DNA from: an uncultured Verrucomicrobiae bacterium
Lineage (GTDB): Bacteria > Verrucomicrobiota > Verrucomicrobiia > Limisphaerales > Palsa-1400
Reading direction: 5' to 3'
Length of the DNA stretch: 64,000 nt
Assembly (NCBI GenBank): GCA_963764165.1
Contig: CAVXRD010000004.1
Location: 64,001-128,000, forward strand
Both the position numbers and the translations under genes were made by a program. Under the pieces are notes generated by a model. It worked only from the letters and a program-made list of their open reading frames with translations, was not told where the DNA came from and did not search any database. Below, piece after piece: positions 1-9,038 of the stretch. Position 1 is the stretch's first letter, and each line of letters begins with the position of its first letter.

Positions 1-2
1 AT

Positions 3-794
3 CCAGTTAAGAAGCTAATTTATAAAAGTGTGTTGACCATGAGTTTCGACTCTCAGAGTGCAACCGAATGGGTCGCCGCAACGGAATACGATAAGCCAAA
101 CGCTAAGCAAAGTCGCAATTGTCTAATAGACATGGTCGCCAATAGACGTAATGAGTATTTCGGCACAGATACAGCGGGCAGACTCTATCACGCACTTGTA
201 TATCTAGCGAGAGATTTGCGCCAATTTGTTTCTTGGAACGGTCAAGCTCTCTATTCTGTGGATGTTTCCAATTGCCAACCCGCGCTTCACGCAACACTTT
301 ATGCTCCTGACTGTCGCGAAAAGATAGAATACTTAAAACTGGTGACAACAAACAGTTTTTATCCGTTTATCAATTCGCGTCTGCAACGTCCCTTCAAATG
401 GCCAGAGGAAAAGCAACTTTTAAAGGATGACGTGTTTCACTATATCTTTTATGGCTCACGGTATTCAAAGGAAACCGAAATGCAGAAAGTATTTAAAAGT
501 TCTTTCCCGATCTTGCATGGACTCCTCCAGGAAGCAAAGAGATACAACACCACAGATTTGCCCGTTGCTATGCAAAAACGGGAGGCGGACATTGTTTTAA
601 ATAAGGTAGCAGCAGAGTTTGAGGTAAAACACCGACATGAGGACACCTGTTTAATATCAATTCACGATGCGCTTGTTACGACCGCAGAGCATATGGCGGA
701 GTTAAAAAGTTTAATGGAAAGACATTTTATGGATGCTCTTGGATTCAAAATGCCCGTAAAGGTGGAACGACTCACCAAAAATGTGATCACATAA
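3..794 (+). CDS. Family A DNA polymerase / T7-RNAP-like palm-domain protein, 5'-truncated by the window edge
   Basis: Frame open from base 3; motifs GRLYH, motif A-like SVDVSNCQP, motif B-like KDDVFHYIFYG, MQKREADI helix, motif C-like IHDAL. Confidence 0.65.
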   Translation, partial: PVKKLIYKSVLTMSFDSQSATEWVAATEYDKPNAKQSRNCLIDMVANRRNEYFGTDTAGRLYHALVYLARDLRQFVSWNGQALYSVDVSNCQPALHATLYAPDCREKIEYLKLVTTNSFYPFINSRLQRPFKWPEEKQLLKDDVFHYIFYGSRYSKETEMQKVFKSSFPILHGLLQEAKRYNTTDLPVAMQKREADIVLNKVAAEFEVKHRHEDTCLISIHDALVTTAEHMAELKSLMERHFMDALGFKMPVKVERLTKNVIT

Positions 795-945
795 GAGGAT
801 AAGGAAGGTAAGGTATAGATTATCGTATAATAGACATGATAAACAGTAATAATAAGTATTATGGCAATAAATACATACTGTGTATACTATTCAGAAATAT
901 ATCTTCTGGTATAACTCATTATTCAAAAAAAACATCTCTCATTCA

Positions 946-981
946 CTTTTAATGCGTCCCTTGAAAGGGCGCAATTAAAAG
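946..981. other. Imperfect hairpin in AT-rich intergenic region (terminator or origin element)
   Basis: CTTTTAAT-GCG-T-CCCTT-GA-AAGGG-CGC-A-ATTAAAAG. Confidence 0.5.
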
Positions 982-1057
982 GGTCGAGGATTTCTGAAAA
1001 TAAATCGCCGTGGTTTCTTTTTTACGTGTAATCCACTGTGGAACTAAAAATAATAAT

Positions 1058-1330
1058 ATGTATTCAGATGAAATAATCACTAGCAACGGATGCCAAGCAA
1101 TAGCTAACGATATAATGTTTGGTCTTATGCAACAGGATGTAGAGTTTACCGCAGACGAGTTCTATAAAGCTGCACGTTTTCATGGGATGCCGCCAGATTT
1201 GATAAAAAAATATGCTGGCAGCTACTTTAAAATCTTCCAAGCTGCTGGATATATCCAAAAGACGGATCGTTACCGATTGTCCGAACGAAACGGTTCAACC
1301 CCTCTGCCAGTGTGGGTCAAGGTGCAATAG
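1058..1330 (+). CDS. Small phage-like hypothetical protein, possibly winged-helix DNA-binding
   Basis: 90 aa ORF from ATG 1058; FTADEF...GYIQKT...PVW pattern resembles small phage wHTH proteins. Confidence 0.55.
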   Translation: MYSDEIITSNGCQAIANDIMFGLMQQDVEFTADEFYKAARFHGMPPDLIKKYAGSYFKIFQAAGYIQKTDRYRLSERNGSTPLPVWVKVQ

Positions 1331-1577
1331 TAAAGAGATGTTGCTCCTGAGCAATTCAAAAAGTCAAAGTCTGTGCCGCAAAATGTCCAATTCATCCGTG
1401 CTGGTGGATTCAGTTTTTTAACCTAATGGAAAATCGTCCCATTTCGCCTGGGTCGTGCGCCAGAGGCCGTTTCAAGGGTCACCCAAGGAGAAACCCCGTA
1501 TCGGTGGGTTAATATGGCCCTGAAGCCAAATGCGGCGAGAGGGATGGCCTTGCGATAAACCCTCTGAGGTTGCTTGA

Positions 1578-1850
1578 TTACAGCAATTCGCTGACAAAAT
1601 GATTGCGAGCAGCCAACCATATCCTTTGGGCTGGAAAAAGTGAAACCACTGGAATTTTTAAGGATTCCGCCAGCAACGAAATTTCAAAATCCGTAACCCG
1701 TCGGCTTCGGGATTCAATTTTGGCGATGGTGTATCTGCTGATATTCCAGCCTCTCCGCTGATTAATCGCAGCCAAGTCCTCTTGAGAAAACCCCTTTTCA
1801 AGACGGATTCTCTGCAACTGCGCCCCTATTAAATTTCGCGGCTTTTGCAT
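1578..1850 (-). CDS. XRE-family helix-turn-helix transcriptional regulator
   Basis: IGAQLQRIRLEKGFSQEDLAA...TIAKIESRSRRVTDFEISLLAESL; start chosen at MQKPRN. Confidence 0.85.
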   Translation of the reverse strand: MQKPRNLIGAQLQRIRLEKGFSQEDLAAINQRRGWNISRYTIAKIESRSRRVTDFEISLLAESLKIPVVSLFPAQRIWLAARNHFVSELL

Positions 1851-1913
1851 GTGCCATTTTCGGCACTTGACGGTATGGTCTATGCGTGCTTCTATGTGTG
1901 CCAGCATTGGCAC
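1851..1913. promoter_or_regulatory. Two palindromic operator-like sites GTGCCA-N4-YGGCAC
   Basis: GTGCCATTTTCGGCAC (1851-1866) and GTGCCAGCATTGGCAC (1898-1913) between divergent genes, with TTGACG at 1867-1872. Confidence 0.6.
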
Positions 1914-1943
1914 AAAAAAAATCAAATCAATTTATGAGTTTTT

Positions 1944-3068
1944 ATGATTGATCCTCGAATTCTTGGATTAGCCCTTGGTCGTCAAATCCGTTCAGAACTG
2001 GACAGCGCAGAATACAGGAAGAAAAAGGAGTCTGCGGCGGCGGAACAGCGTCACCGTGAGCTTATGGAAAAACTTGAGGATTTAACTCATCCTGAGCTTG
2101 CTGCTAAACGGCGTCACGAAAAAATTGTGGAACAACTATGGCGTGACGAGGCACCCCCTCCTTTTACGGTTTACCATGACCCCGATACAGGAAGAGCCTT
2201 TTCTTCGTCCGAGGCATCGGTATCCCTTAAAAGTGAATATGCGAACGCTTGGACGACCGCAAAAGAACGGTATCCACAACTTTTCACCGTGCTTCCTGGC
2301 TTCTGTGAACATTGCCTTCAGCCGATGGATTTCCTTTCTAAAAATACTTCTATATGCAAACCGTGTCCACATTGCAGAGAACAGTCCTATTTTCTGAAAA
2401 TTGGGGACAAACCGCCAGAAAGAATGAATGTGTTCTTACGCATTTTTCGTATTCCATTTCTGGTGCTTGAACCTGGAGGCGGGTTAATAGAGTTCGTTAT
2501 AGTTATGGCGATGGCAACGGCGATTGCACTTTGCCTTTTTTTAGGTCCATTTATAGCTCTTGCATATTGGTTAGAATGGTGGTCCCTTGTTCCTGCGGCA
2601 TTGATTTTGGCGGCAATCGTCATTAAGGAAAATAAGGAGCAACATGCAGTTGCAGAACATCACGACAGGCTAATGAGGAAGCTGAAGTCTTTACTCGTCT
2701 TCGAAAGAGTCGAAAGCCCACACCGAGAAGGTGCTCGATTCGATAGGAAAGAGCAAGCCAAAAATGCCACAAACGCGCACGACTTTTACTTCTGTTGCAA
2801 CGAGTGTGGAGAGAATCTCAAAGTTAGTTCGGGGAATGTGAATGCCACCATCCACTGTCCGACGTGCGGCAGCCTGCATGGGGATTTAGAGGCCCACGTT
2901 GGAACGCGCCAAGGAATTCAGGGGTTTTCGGATTCGCACGATGTTCACTTTTTATGTAACAACTGTGGACAGAGCCTTGTTACGGATAGACGAAGAATAG
3001 GCGGAATAGACGACTCGATCCCCTGTCCGACTTGCAAACATAACATTGCAATAGGTTTTTTACGGTAA
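1944..3068 (+). CDS. Multi zinc-ribbon membrane protein
   Basis: Six CxxC motifs (CEHC, CPHC, CNEC, CPTC, CNNC, CPTC) and a central hydrophobic segment. Confidence 0.7.
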   Translation: MIDPRILGLALGRQIRSELDSAEYRKKKESAAAEQRHRELMEKLEDLTHPELAAKRRHEKIVEQLWRDEAPPPFTVYHDPDTGRAFSSSEASVSLKSEYANAWTTAKERYPQLFTVLPGFCEHCLQPMDFLSKNTSICKPCPHCREQSYFLKIGDKPPERMNVFLRIFRIPFLVLEPGGGLIEFVIVMAMATAIALCLFLGPFIALAYWLEWWSLVPAALILAAIVIKENKEQHAVAEHHDRLMRKLKSLLVFERVESPHREGARFDRKEQAKNATNAHDFYFCCNECGENLKVSSGNVNATIHCPTCGSLHGDLEAHVGTRQGIQGFSDSHDVHFLCNNCGQSLVTDRRRIGGIDDSIPCPTCKHNIAIGFLR

Positions 3069-3247
3069 AGAGGAATAATTACTTTTTTGAATAATTCGCA
3101 ACTCCAGCAACCGTCAGTTTTTTGAATAGCCTTCCAGTGTGCAAATAAAGAAATTCTGCTCCTGCGCCAAGATAGGCCGTATGTAACATCCTAATGTTTT
3201 TATAAAGTGTGGCTACTGGTGCAAATCTATGGACTGCTTCGATACTG

Positions 3248-4429
3248 TCAAGTAGACGCATGAAGATTTGATTGACTGGCGGTGTTTGAAGGTGCAGGTC
3301 GTAAATTCCAGAATTTCTCCGCCTCACTTCTTGAAACCAAGGACTTGTAGTGCCTATGCACTATGTCGGCAGAATTTCCCATTTGACTCGCCGTTTCATT
3401 GGCGTCGCGGAACATTGCATAGTGAAATGACGCAAAGGAATGTCTCAGACCGTTTTCAGACCATTTGGCGATTTGTGCGGCTTTTAGGAAACGGGATTTG
3501 TTTTGATGAAATGCCTTGAGGTCAATAATTGGCACGCCAGTTTTAAATTTATCTGCGCATGGCTGAAGCCAAGCCAAAAGAGCTGGCTGCATGTCAATAA
3601 TTCTCTGTGAACGTTTCTTGGCTACATCCGCGCCGATTGTGATTGTCTTTTCCTCTATGTTAATGTACTTGGAATTTAACCTCAACATTTCCGCAGACCT
3701 AACTCCAGCGAATAACCCAATAGCGATATACGGAAGCCAACCGTATTCATCGGCATAGGTGAGCAAGGCTTTCGCTTGTTCAACAGTGAAAATCTCTGGT
3801 GATGACTCGTCCACAGATGGCCTGGCAATTTGTTTTGTGAGATTTGAATCAGCCCATTTGTGTTTAATTGCATAGCCATAAAGCTGGGAAAGTTTAGTCA
3901 AGTAATTGATTCGCGTTCTTGGTTCCCATTGACCGTCTTGAATCCATTTGCACAACTGTTCCAAGGTAATGTCAGAAAGACGTGAAGCGCCAAAATCGGC
4001 GGCAAAGGTATTTAACCTGTTCTCCACATCTCTTATGGTGCGGGGTCGCAAATTCATGTTTCTGGCGTCTGCAACGTAGTGTTTAACGATCTCTTTGAGG
4101 ATTGGAGCGGTCTTGAACGCCAATACGTGCTTTTCGTAGTACTTGGCGGCTTCAAGAATTGAGACATTGTGAGGGGCTAGAATGTCATGGGCTTTTGCGG
4201 CATCCAGCCGAATTTGTTGCGGCAAAGCAAACGCAGTCATGCCTTCATTGGCTCGGGCGATTCGGCTTTGCTCTTGGAACGTCTGGGCTTCAATTTTGGT
4301 GGCAAAGTTTACCCGCTTCCTTTTTCCATCCACGATTCCCAAGTCAACTTGATAACTCACTTGCCCACTTCTGTGTTTTGCGATATTGATACGGGGCCAT
4401 TTGGATCGATTGTTTGTCTTTGATTTCAT
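3248..4429 (-). CDS. int: Tyrosine recombinase / phage integrase
   Basis: GVRSAE (R), AKK (K), NGLRHSFAS, QMGNS, HRHY (Y); N-terminal arm-binding-like region; start at ATG 4429. Confidence 0.92.
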   Translation of the reverse strand: MKSKTNNRSKWPRINIAKHRSGQVSYQVDLGIVDGKRKRVNFATKIEAQTFQEQSRIARANEGMTAFALPQQIRLDAAKAHDILAPHNVSILEAAKYYEKHVLAFKTAPILKEIVKHYVADARNMNLRPRTIRDVENRLNTFAADFGASRLSDITLEQLCKWIQDGQWEPRTRINYLTKLSQLYGYAIKHKWADSNLTKQIARPSVDESSPEIFTVEQAKALLTYADEYGWLPYIAIGLFAGVRSAEMLRLNSKYINIEEKTITIGADVAKKRSQRIIDMQPALLAWLQPCADKFKTGVPIIDLKAFHQNKSRFLKAAQIAKWSENGLRHSFASFHYAMFRDANETASQMGNSADIVHRHYKSLVSRSEAEKFWNLRPAPSNTASQSNLHAST

Positions 4430-4512
4430 GGCAAAAGTGTCATGCAAATGCCACGCGCAGTCAAACATGAAGCGATAAAATGCTGCGCAAATGGCTCTTA
4501 ATTAAGAGTTTA

Positions 4513-4588
4513 GCCCCTGTACCTCAAATGGATAGAGGAGCGGTTTCCTAAACCGTCCATCCCGGTTCAATTCCGGGCGGGGGTACCA
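4513..4588 (+). tRNA. tRNA-Arg (anticodon CCT)
   Basis: Cloverleaf: acceptor GCCCCTG/CGGGGGT, D-stem CCTC/GAGG, anticodon arm GCGGT-TTCCTAA-ACCGT, T-arm CCCGG-TTCAATT-CCGGG, encoded CCA. Confidence 0.95.
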
Positions 4589-4647
4589 TCTCTTCTTACG
4601 ATGGAAACATCGTCGCCTTTGCTGTTCTTCCAATACCGGCAAGGGAC

Positions 4648-4845
<198 letters not shown>

Positions 4846-4849
<4 letters not shown>

Positions 4850-5133
4850 CGGCGGCAATGATGAACGGCTTGGCCCGCCTGAGCAACCACTTCCTCCAGC
4901 CTATCAGCTTTGTCCTGCTTGGCCGGGACGGTTTCATGGTACCACTCCACATGCGGTGACCATTTCGCGCAGGCTGGACAACTCGTGCGCTCCCAGTTTT
5001 TGCCGCATTTCGGGCAAACGCCGCAGGTGTCAAATGTATTCCACAAACAGCCGCAGGACGGAAGACAGGACCAAATATCCGTCGGGCGCGGATGGTAACG
5101 GCACTTTGGACAATAGATTTCCACTTTTCTCAT
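4846..5133 (-). CDS. Small Cys-rich zinc-finger-like protein
   Basis: CPKC...C...C..WNTFDTCGVCPKC...CPAC..WSPH..WY. Confidence 0.7.
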
Positions 5134-5259
5134 AACTGCGCTGCAAGACAATAGCAGGCAGCCACGCGTTTGCCAACCGGAGTGAGATTGTGCAGCCGGG
5201 CAGACGCATCTTAATTCTTGTAATCAATTGAAAATCAACTGGCATCGGGCTCGTTGATG

Positions 5260-5287
5260 GGCAGGGACGCTTCGCCGAGGCCTCCGG
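5260..5287. repeat. Degenerate single GTAG-type REP (family A)
   Basis: GGCAGGGACGCTTCGCCGAGGCCTCCGG, 3 mismatches to the copies at 14987, 50541 and 63215. Confidence 0.6.
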
Positions 5288-5430
5288 GGTGATTCCCGTC
5301 AAGTTCGTGCCCGTGCTGTTCCCTGTCGTGGCCCTCACAAGCCCGCATGAAGAATTCTGTCGCGCACCCGGCAGCCCGGGCCGCCCCACTTTGCGTTTGA
5401 TTGGGCGCGGTGGAAGCGTATATTGCGTTC

Positions 5431-6426
5431 ATGAGCGCTATTGCCACCGCCGGAGAAACGAAAGCTGCTGCCGCGCCCGCCGGGCCGAACCAGCTCGATC
5501 AACTTAAGAAATTCACCCGCGTCGTCGCTGACACCGGCGATTTCGGGCAGCTCAAGGCTTACGCTCCCGAGGACGCCACCACGAACCCAACGCTGATTCT
5601 CAAAGCGGCGCAAAAGCCCGAATACGCCTCGCTGATCGAAAAGGCGGTCAGCGACGGCAAGCAAGCGAACTCGTCGCCTGACGACGTCATGCGGGGTCTG
5701 CTGGTTTTGTTCGGCATCGAGATTTTGAAAATTGTGCCGGGGCGCGTTTCCACCGAGACCAGCGCGAAAATCGCGTTCGACGCGGAGGCGCTGGTGGAGG
5801 AAGGCCGCAGTTTCATTGCGCGTTACGCCAAAGCCGGAATTCCCCGCGAGCGCGTGCTGGTCAAATTAGCCACGACTTGGGAAGGCATCGAAGCCGCGCG
5901 CGTCCTGCAAAAGGAAGGCATCAATTGCAACATGACGCTGCTATTCTCCATGGCGCAGGCCATCGCCGCGGCGGAAGCGGGTGCGAAGCTTATTTCTCCT
6001 TTTGTGGGCCGTATTCTTGACTGGTATAAGAAGGCCAATAAAAAGGAATACGCCCCCGCCGAGGATCCTGGCGTTATATCCGTGCGGGAAATTTACGCGT
6101 ATTACAAAACATTTGGCCACCCGACCGAAGTGATGGGCGCAAGCTTCCGCAGCAAGGACGAAGCACTGGAACTGGCCGGCTGCGACCTGCTGACCATCAG
6201 CCCCGATTTGCTTGGCGAAATGATGAAGAGCACCGCTCCGGTCGCCCGCAAACTTTCGCCGGAATCGGCCCGCGATTCCAAATTGGCCAAGATCAAGGTT
6301 GACGAAAAAGCGTTCCGGTGGATGCTGAACGAAAGCGCCATGGCGACCGAAAAATTGTCGGAAGGCATCCGGACATTCGCCGCCGACGCCGTCAAATTGG
6401 AAGAATACCTCGCCAAGAAAATGTAA
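5431..6426 (+). CDS. tal: Transaldolase
   Basis: [52 protein letters not shown]. Confidence 0.97.
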   Translation: MSAIATAGETKAAAAPAGPNQLDQLKKFTRVVADTGDFGQLKAYAPEDATTNPTLILKAAQKPEYASLIEKAVSDGKQANSSPDDVMRGLLVLFGIEILKIVPGRVSTETSAKIAFDAEALVEEGRSFIARYAKAGIPRERVLVKLATTWEGIEAARVLQKEGINCNMTLLFSMAQAIAAAEAGAKLISPFVGRILDWYKKANKKEYAPAEDPGVISVREIYAYYKTFGHPTEVMGASFRSKDEALELAGCDLLTISPDLLGEMMKSTAPVARKLSPESARDSKLAKIKVDEKAFRWMLNESAMATEKLSEGIRTFAADAVKLEEYLAKKM

Positions 6427-6437
6427 CTCCGCCCGGG

Positions 6438-9026
6438 CTATCGCGCTGGCGCTGACGTTTTGCCACCACGCTGCAAGAACGCGATCAAGTCCCAGATTTC
6501 ATCCTCCGACAGCGCGTCCAACAGGCCTTCGGGCATGGGGGAGATTTTTGACGGCCGTCGCGACACAATGCTTTTGACAGGAACGTCTACCGTGGTGCGG
6601 CTGATGAGGTCTGTCATTAGCACAACGCGAGTCTGATTCTCATCGATGATGTGGCCGGTCAGCACGTCGCCGTCGTCCATAGTCAAGTACATGTTTTGAT
6701 ATTCCTCGAGCAGAACTTTGGACGGTTCGATGATCGATTCCAGAATTCCCCGCGCCGTCATCCGGCTGGCGACGGCGGTCAAGTCGGGGCCGACCGCACC
6801 CCCATGGCTGGCGAAACGATGGCACAGGATGCAGCCCACCTTGCTGTAGATTTGCCGCCCGCGCGCAATTGAGCGGTGCCATTTCACCATCGGCAAATCC
6901 GGCTCCAGATCGGACAGTCGCCAATGCTTCATGTTTTTTGTTTCGCCGCCGGGAATGACCGGCGTGATAAGCGGCCTGAATACGTTCGTTTTCGGCGGGA
7001 TGTAATTGGCCAGCGCCTTGCGCTCGCTGGCGCCAAGGTTGGCCACGAATTCGTCTCGGAAATTCTCCAGGAATGGCGCAAAGCCGGGACCATCGCTGTA
7101 ATCCAGATCCACTTCCCGGAATGCCGCCAGGACGTCTGCGCGGTGCGCCAGCGGATCGCGCTTGTTCAGGAACCACGTCAAGTATTGTTTTCGCAAGTCC
7201 GGCATCCAGCCGTTGGTGATTGTCCGCAGGCGCATCACGTAATAGGTCTGCGTTTCCTGGTCGGGCGCTTTTTCGAGCAGCGCCATCGTCTTGGAGACGG
7301 CGCCGGGTGCGTTCAGGTAGAGCAGCAGCTGGCACAATTCATGGTTAAGATCATCGGTGGCGGCGGGATAAAGCGAATCGAGCATTTCCGCTAAATGGCG
7401 GATAACCGGCTGGGGCGGCCCGCCTTGGCGCGTAAAACTTATTTCCATAACGCGCAACTCGAGCAATTCCTGCTCGTGCGTCAGGCTCGAAATCGGAAAT
7501 TTCTCGAGCGCCTTCAGCAAAGCCTCCTGCGTCTCCGGCCCGCCGCAGCGCGCAAGCGCCAGCAGCGCCGTTAATCCGCCCATGACATTCGTCTCGCCCA
7601 GGGCGCGGTCCTTCCACGCGGCGAGGTCCTGGGCTTCCAGCGCGGTTCTGGCGGCGTAGCGAATCCATCGGTCATCGCTGCCGAGCGCCCCCGACCTCCA
7701 GATGAAATCCACCGCTTGAGGATCGCGATGGCCTTGCAATTTTTCCAAGCTGCGCCGGAAAGTTCGAGCCGCCGAGGCAGACAGGCGGTCTTTGTCGTCC
7801 ACTTTTAGGGGCGCAGGTTTTTGCTCCCCGACGTAGCTCACACGATACAAGCCCGAATCCGTTTCGTGCCCGCCAGTAATGAAATACAGATTTCCCTCCG
7901 GGCCAAATTCCATGGCCGACATATTTAGCGGCGTGCCGCGCAGGATTGTTTCCGCCGTCGCAACGTAACTCGCGCCATGAGGAATCAAATGGACGGCCAG
8001 CAATCTGCCGTAGGCCCAATCCTGCGCAAAACAGGCGTCGCGATAGGCATCGGGGAAAGCAAACGTCGCGGGCGGAAATTTCACCCCCGTCGGCGCGCCG
8101 AGCCCAATGTCGCGAGTGCCGGGCAGAATGTCCTCATCCCACGTTGGAACTTTCGACGTGCCCTCGCGGTAGCCAAGATCGCCGCCGGAAACCCAATGAT
8201 GGAGACGGCAGAGCCGGTACCAATCCACTCCCCATTCCCAATTCATATCGTTGTCAGTGCCGAAGAGTTCGCCGTCCGCGTTGAAGGCGATGGCGTAATC
8301 GTTGCGGGAGCCGCCGGCGAACAATTCGCAGTTTTTCCCGTCGAGATCCATTCGCAGGACGAAACCACTCACCGCCTTGTGGCCGATTTCCGCGCCCGTC
8401 GGGTCGGGATCAGCCGGCAGCAGGGAGTCAGTGGCGAAGTTGCGCATGGGAGAATTGGTGGAAATGTCCTTCGGCAATTCCGTGGCGTTGCCGCAAACCA
8501 CGTAGAGCTTTCGATCCGGGCCGACCGCAAAACCATGCGCGCCGTGGTCGTACATCCAGAAATTCACATGGCGCAATAATTCGGGCGCGCCGAACCGGTC
8601 GCCCAGATCACGCGCCCGATAAAGCCCCAATCCTGCCGGCCCTTTGCAGTCAAGATAAAGGTAATTGGAGGCATAAAGGAGGCCCATGGCATCCCCGCAG
8701 GGGAGATCCAGCCGCTCCGTTTTTTTGAATTTCCCGTTCTCCAGGGTCATTCTGAGAAGCGGACCCAAATGAGGCGAGATAATGAACCGGCCTTTGGGAT
8801 CAATAGCCATCGTTATCCACGAATCCTCGTTCGTTGTGGCCGAATGGATCAATTCCACCTTGAAACCGGACATCACATGGATGGCTTCCGCCGCCGTGGC
8901 TTCGGGCGCTGGATGGTGCAGCTCGTGTTCGACGCGCACCGTCCATGTCACCCAAAATGCCCCGACGCAAAGCAACACGGTCGCAAAGGCAATGAACAGC
9001 AGCCGCCGAAGATTGAATCTTTTCAT
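6438..9026 (-). CDS. PVC-type heme-binding protein (sorbosone dehydrogenase-like beta-propeller, HEAT-like repeats, cytochrome c)
   Basis: N-terminal membrane anchor, propeller repeats, C-terminal CILCH and GPDLT...ESIIEPSK...SPMPEGL. Confidence 0.85.
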   Translation of the reverse strand: MKRFNLRRLLFIAFATVLLCVGAFWVTWTVRVEHELHHPAPEATAAEAIHVMSGFKVELIHSATTNEDSWITMAIDPKGRFIISPHLGPLLRMTLENGKFKKTERLDLPCGDAMGLLYASNYLYLDCKGPAGLGLYRARDLGDRFGAPELLRHVNFWMYDHGAHGFAVGPDRKLYVVCGNATELPKDISTNSPMRNFATDSLLPADPDPTGAEIGHKAVSGFVLRMDLDGKNCELFAGGSRNDYAIAFNADGELFGTDNDMNWEWGVDWYRLCRLHHWVSGGDLGYREGTSKVPTWDEDILPGTRDIGLGAPTGVKFPPATFAFPDAYRDACFAQDWAYGRLLAVHLIPHGASYVATAETILRGTPLNMSAMEFGPEGNLYFITGGHETDSGLYRVSYVGEQKPAPLKVDDKDRLSASAARTFRRSLEKLQGHRDPQAVDFIWRSGALGSDDRWIRYAARTALEAQDLAAWKDRALGETNVMGGLTALLALARCGGPETQEALLKALEKFPISSLTHEQELLELRVMEISFTRQGGPPQPVIRHLAEMLDSLYPAATDDLNHELCQLLLYLNAPGAVSKTMALLEKAPDQETQTYYVMRLRTITNGWMPDLRKQYLTWFLNKRDPLAHRADVLAAFREVDLDYSDGPGFAPFLENFRDEFVANLGASERKALANYIPPKTNVFRPLITPVIPGGETKNMKHWRLSDLEPDLPMVKWHRSIARGRQIYSKVGCILCHRFASHGGAVGPDLTAVASRMTARGILESIIEPSKVLLEEYQNMYLTMDDGDVLTGHIIDENQTRVVLMTDLISRTTVDVPVKSIVSRRPSKISPMPEGLLDALSEDEIWDLIAFLQRGGKTSAPAR

Positions 9027-9038
9027 CCGCCTGCCGGC

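Larger units (their letters stand above)
1..4512. mobile_element. Integrative element / genomic island, right end only (left end outside window)
   Basis: Visibly more AT-rich than the rest of the window; carries a tyrosine integrase, XRE regulator and polymerase-like gene; composition changes at the tRNA-Arg gene. Confidence 0.8.

Noticed and set aside
795..1057. Retron or DRT-type ncRNA next to a polymerase
   Set aside because: The protein lacks the reverse transcriptase YxDD motif, and no msr/msd-type long inverted repeats are evident
3079..3327. 82-aa minus-strand ORF overlapping the integrase 3' end (possible excisionase)
   Set aside because: No HTH or other motif and it overlaps int; unsupported
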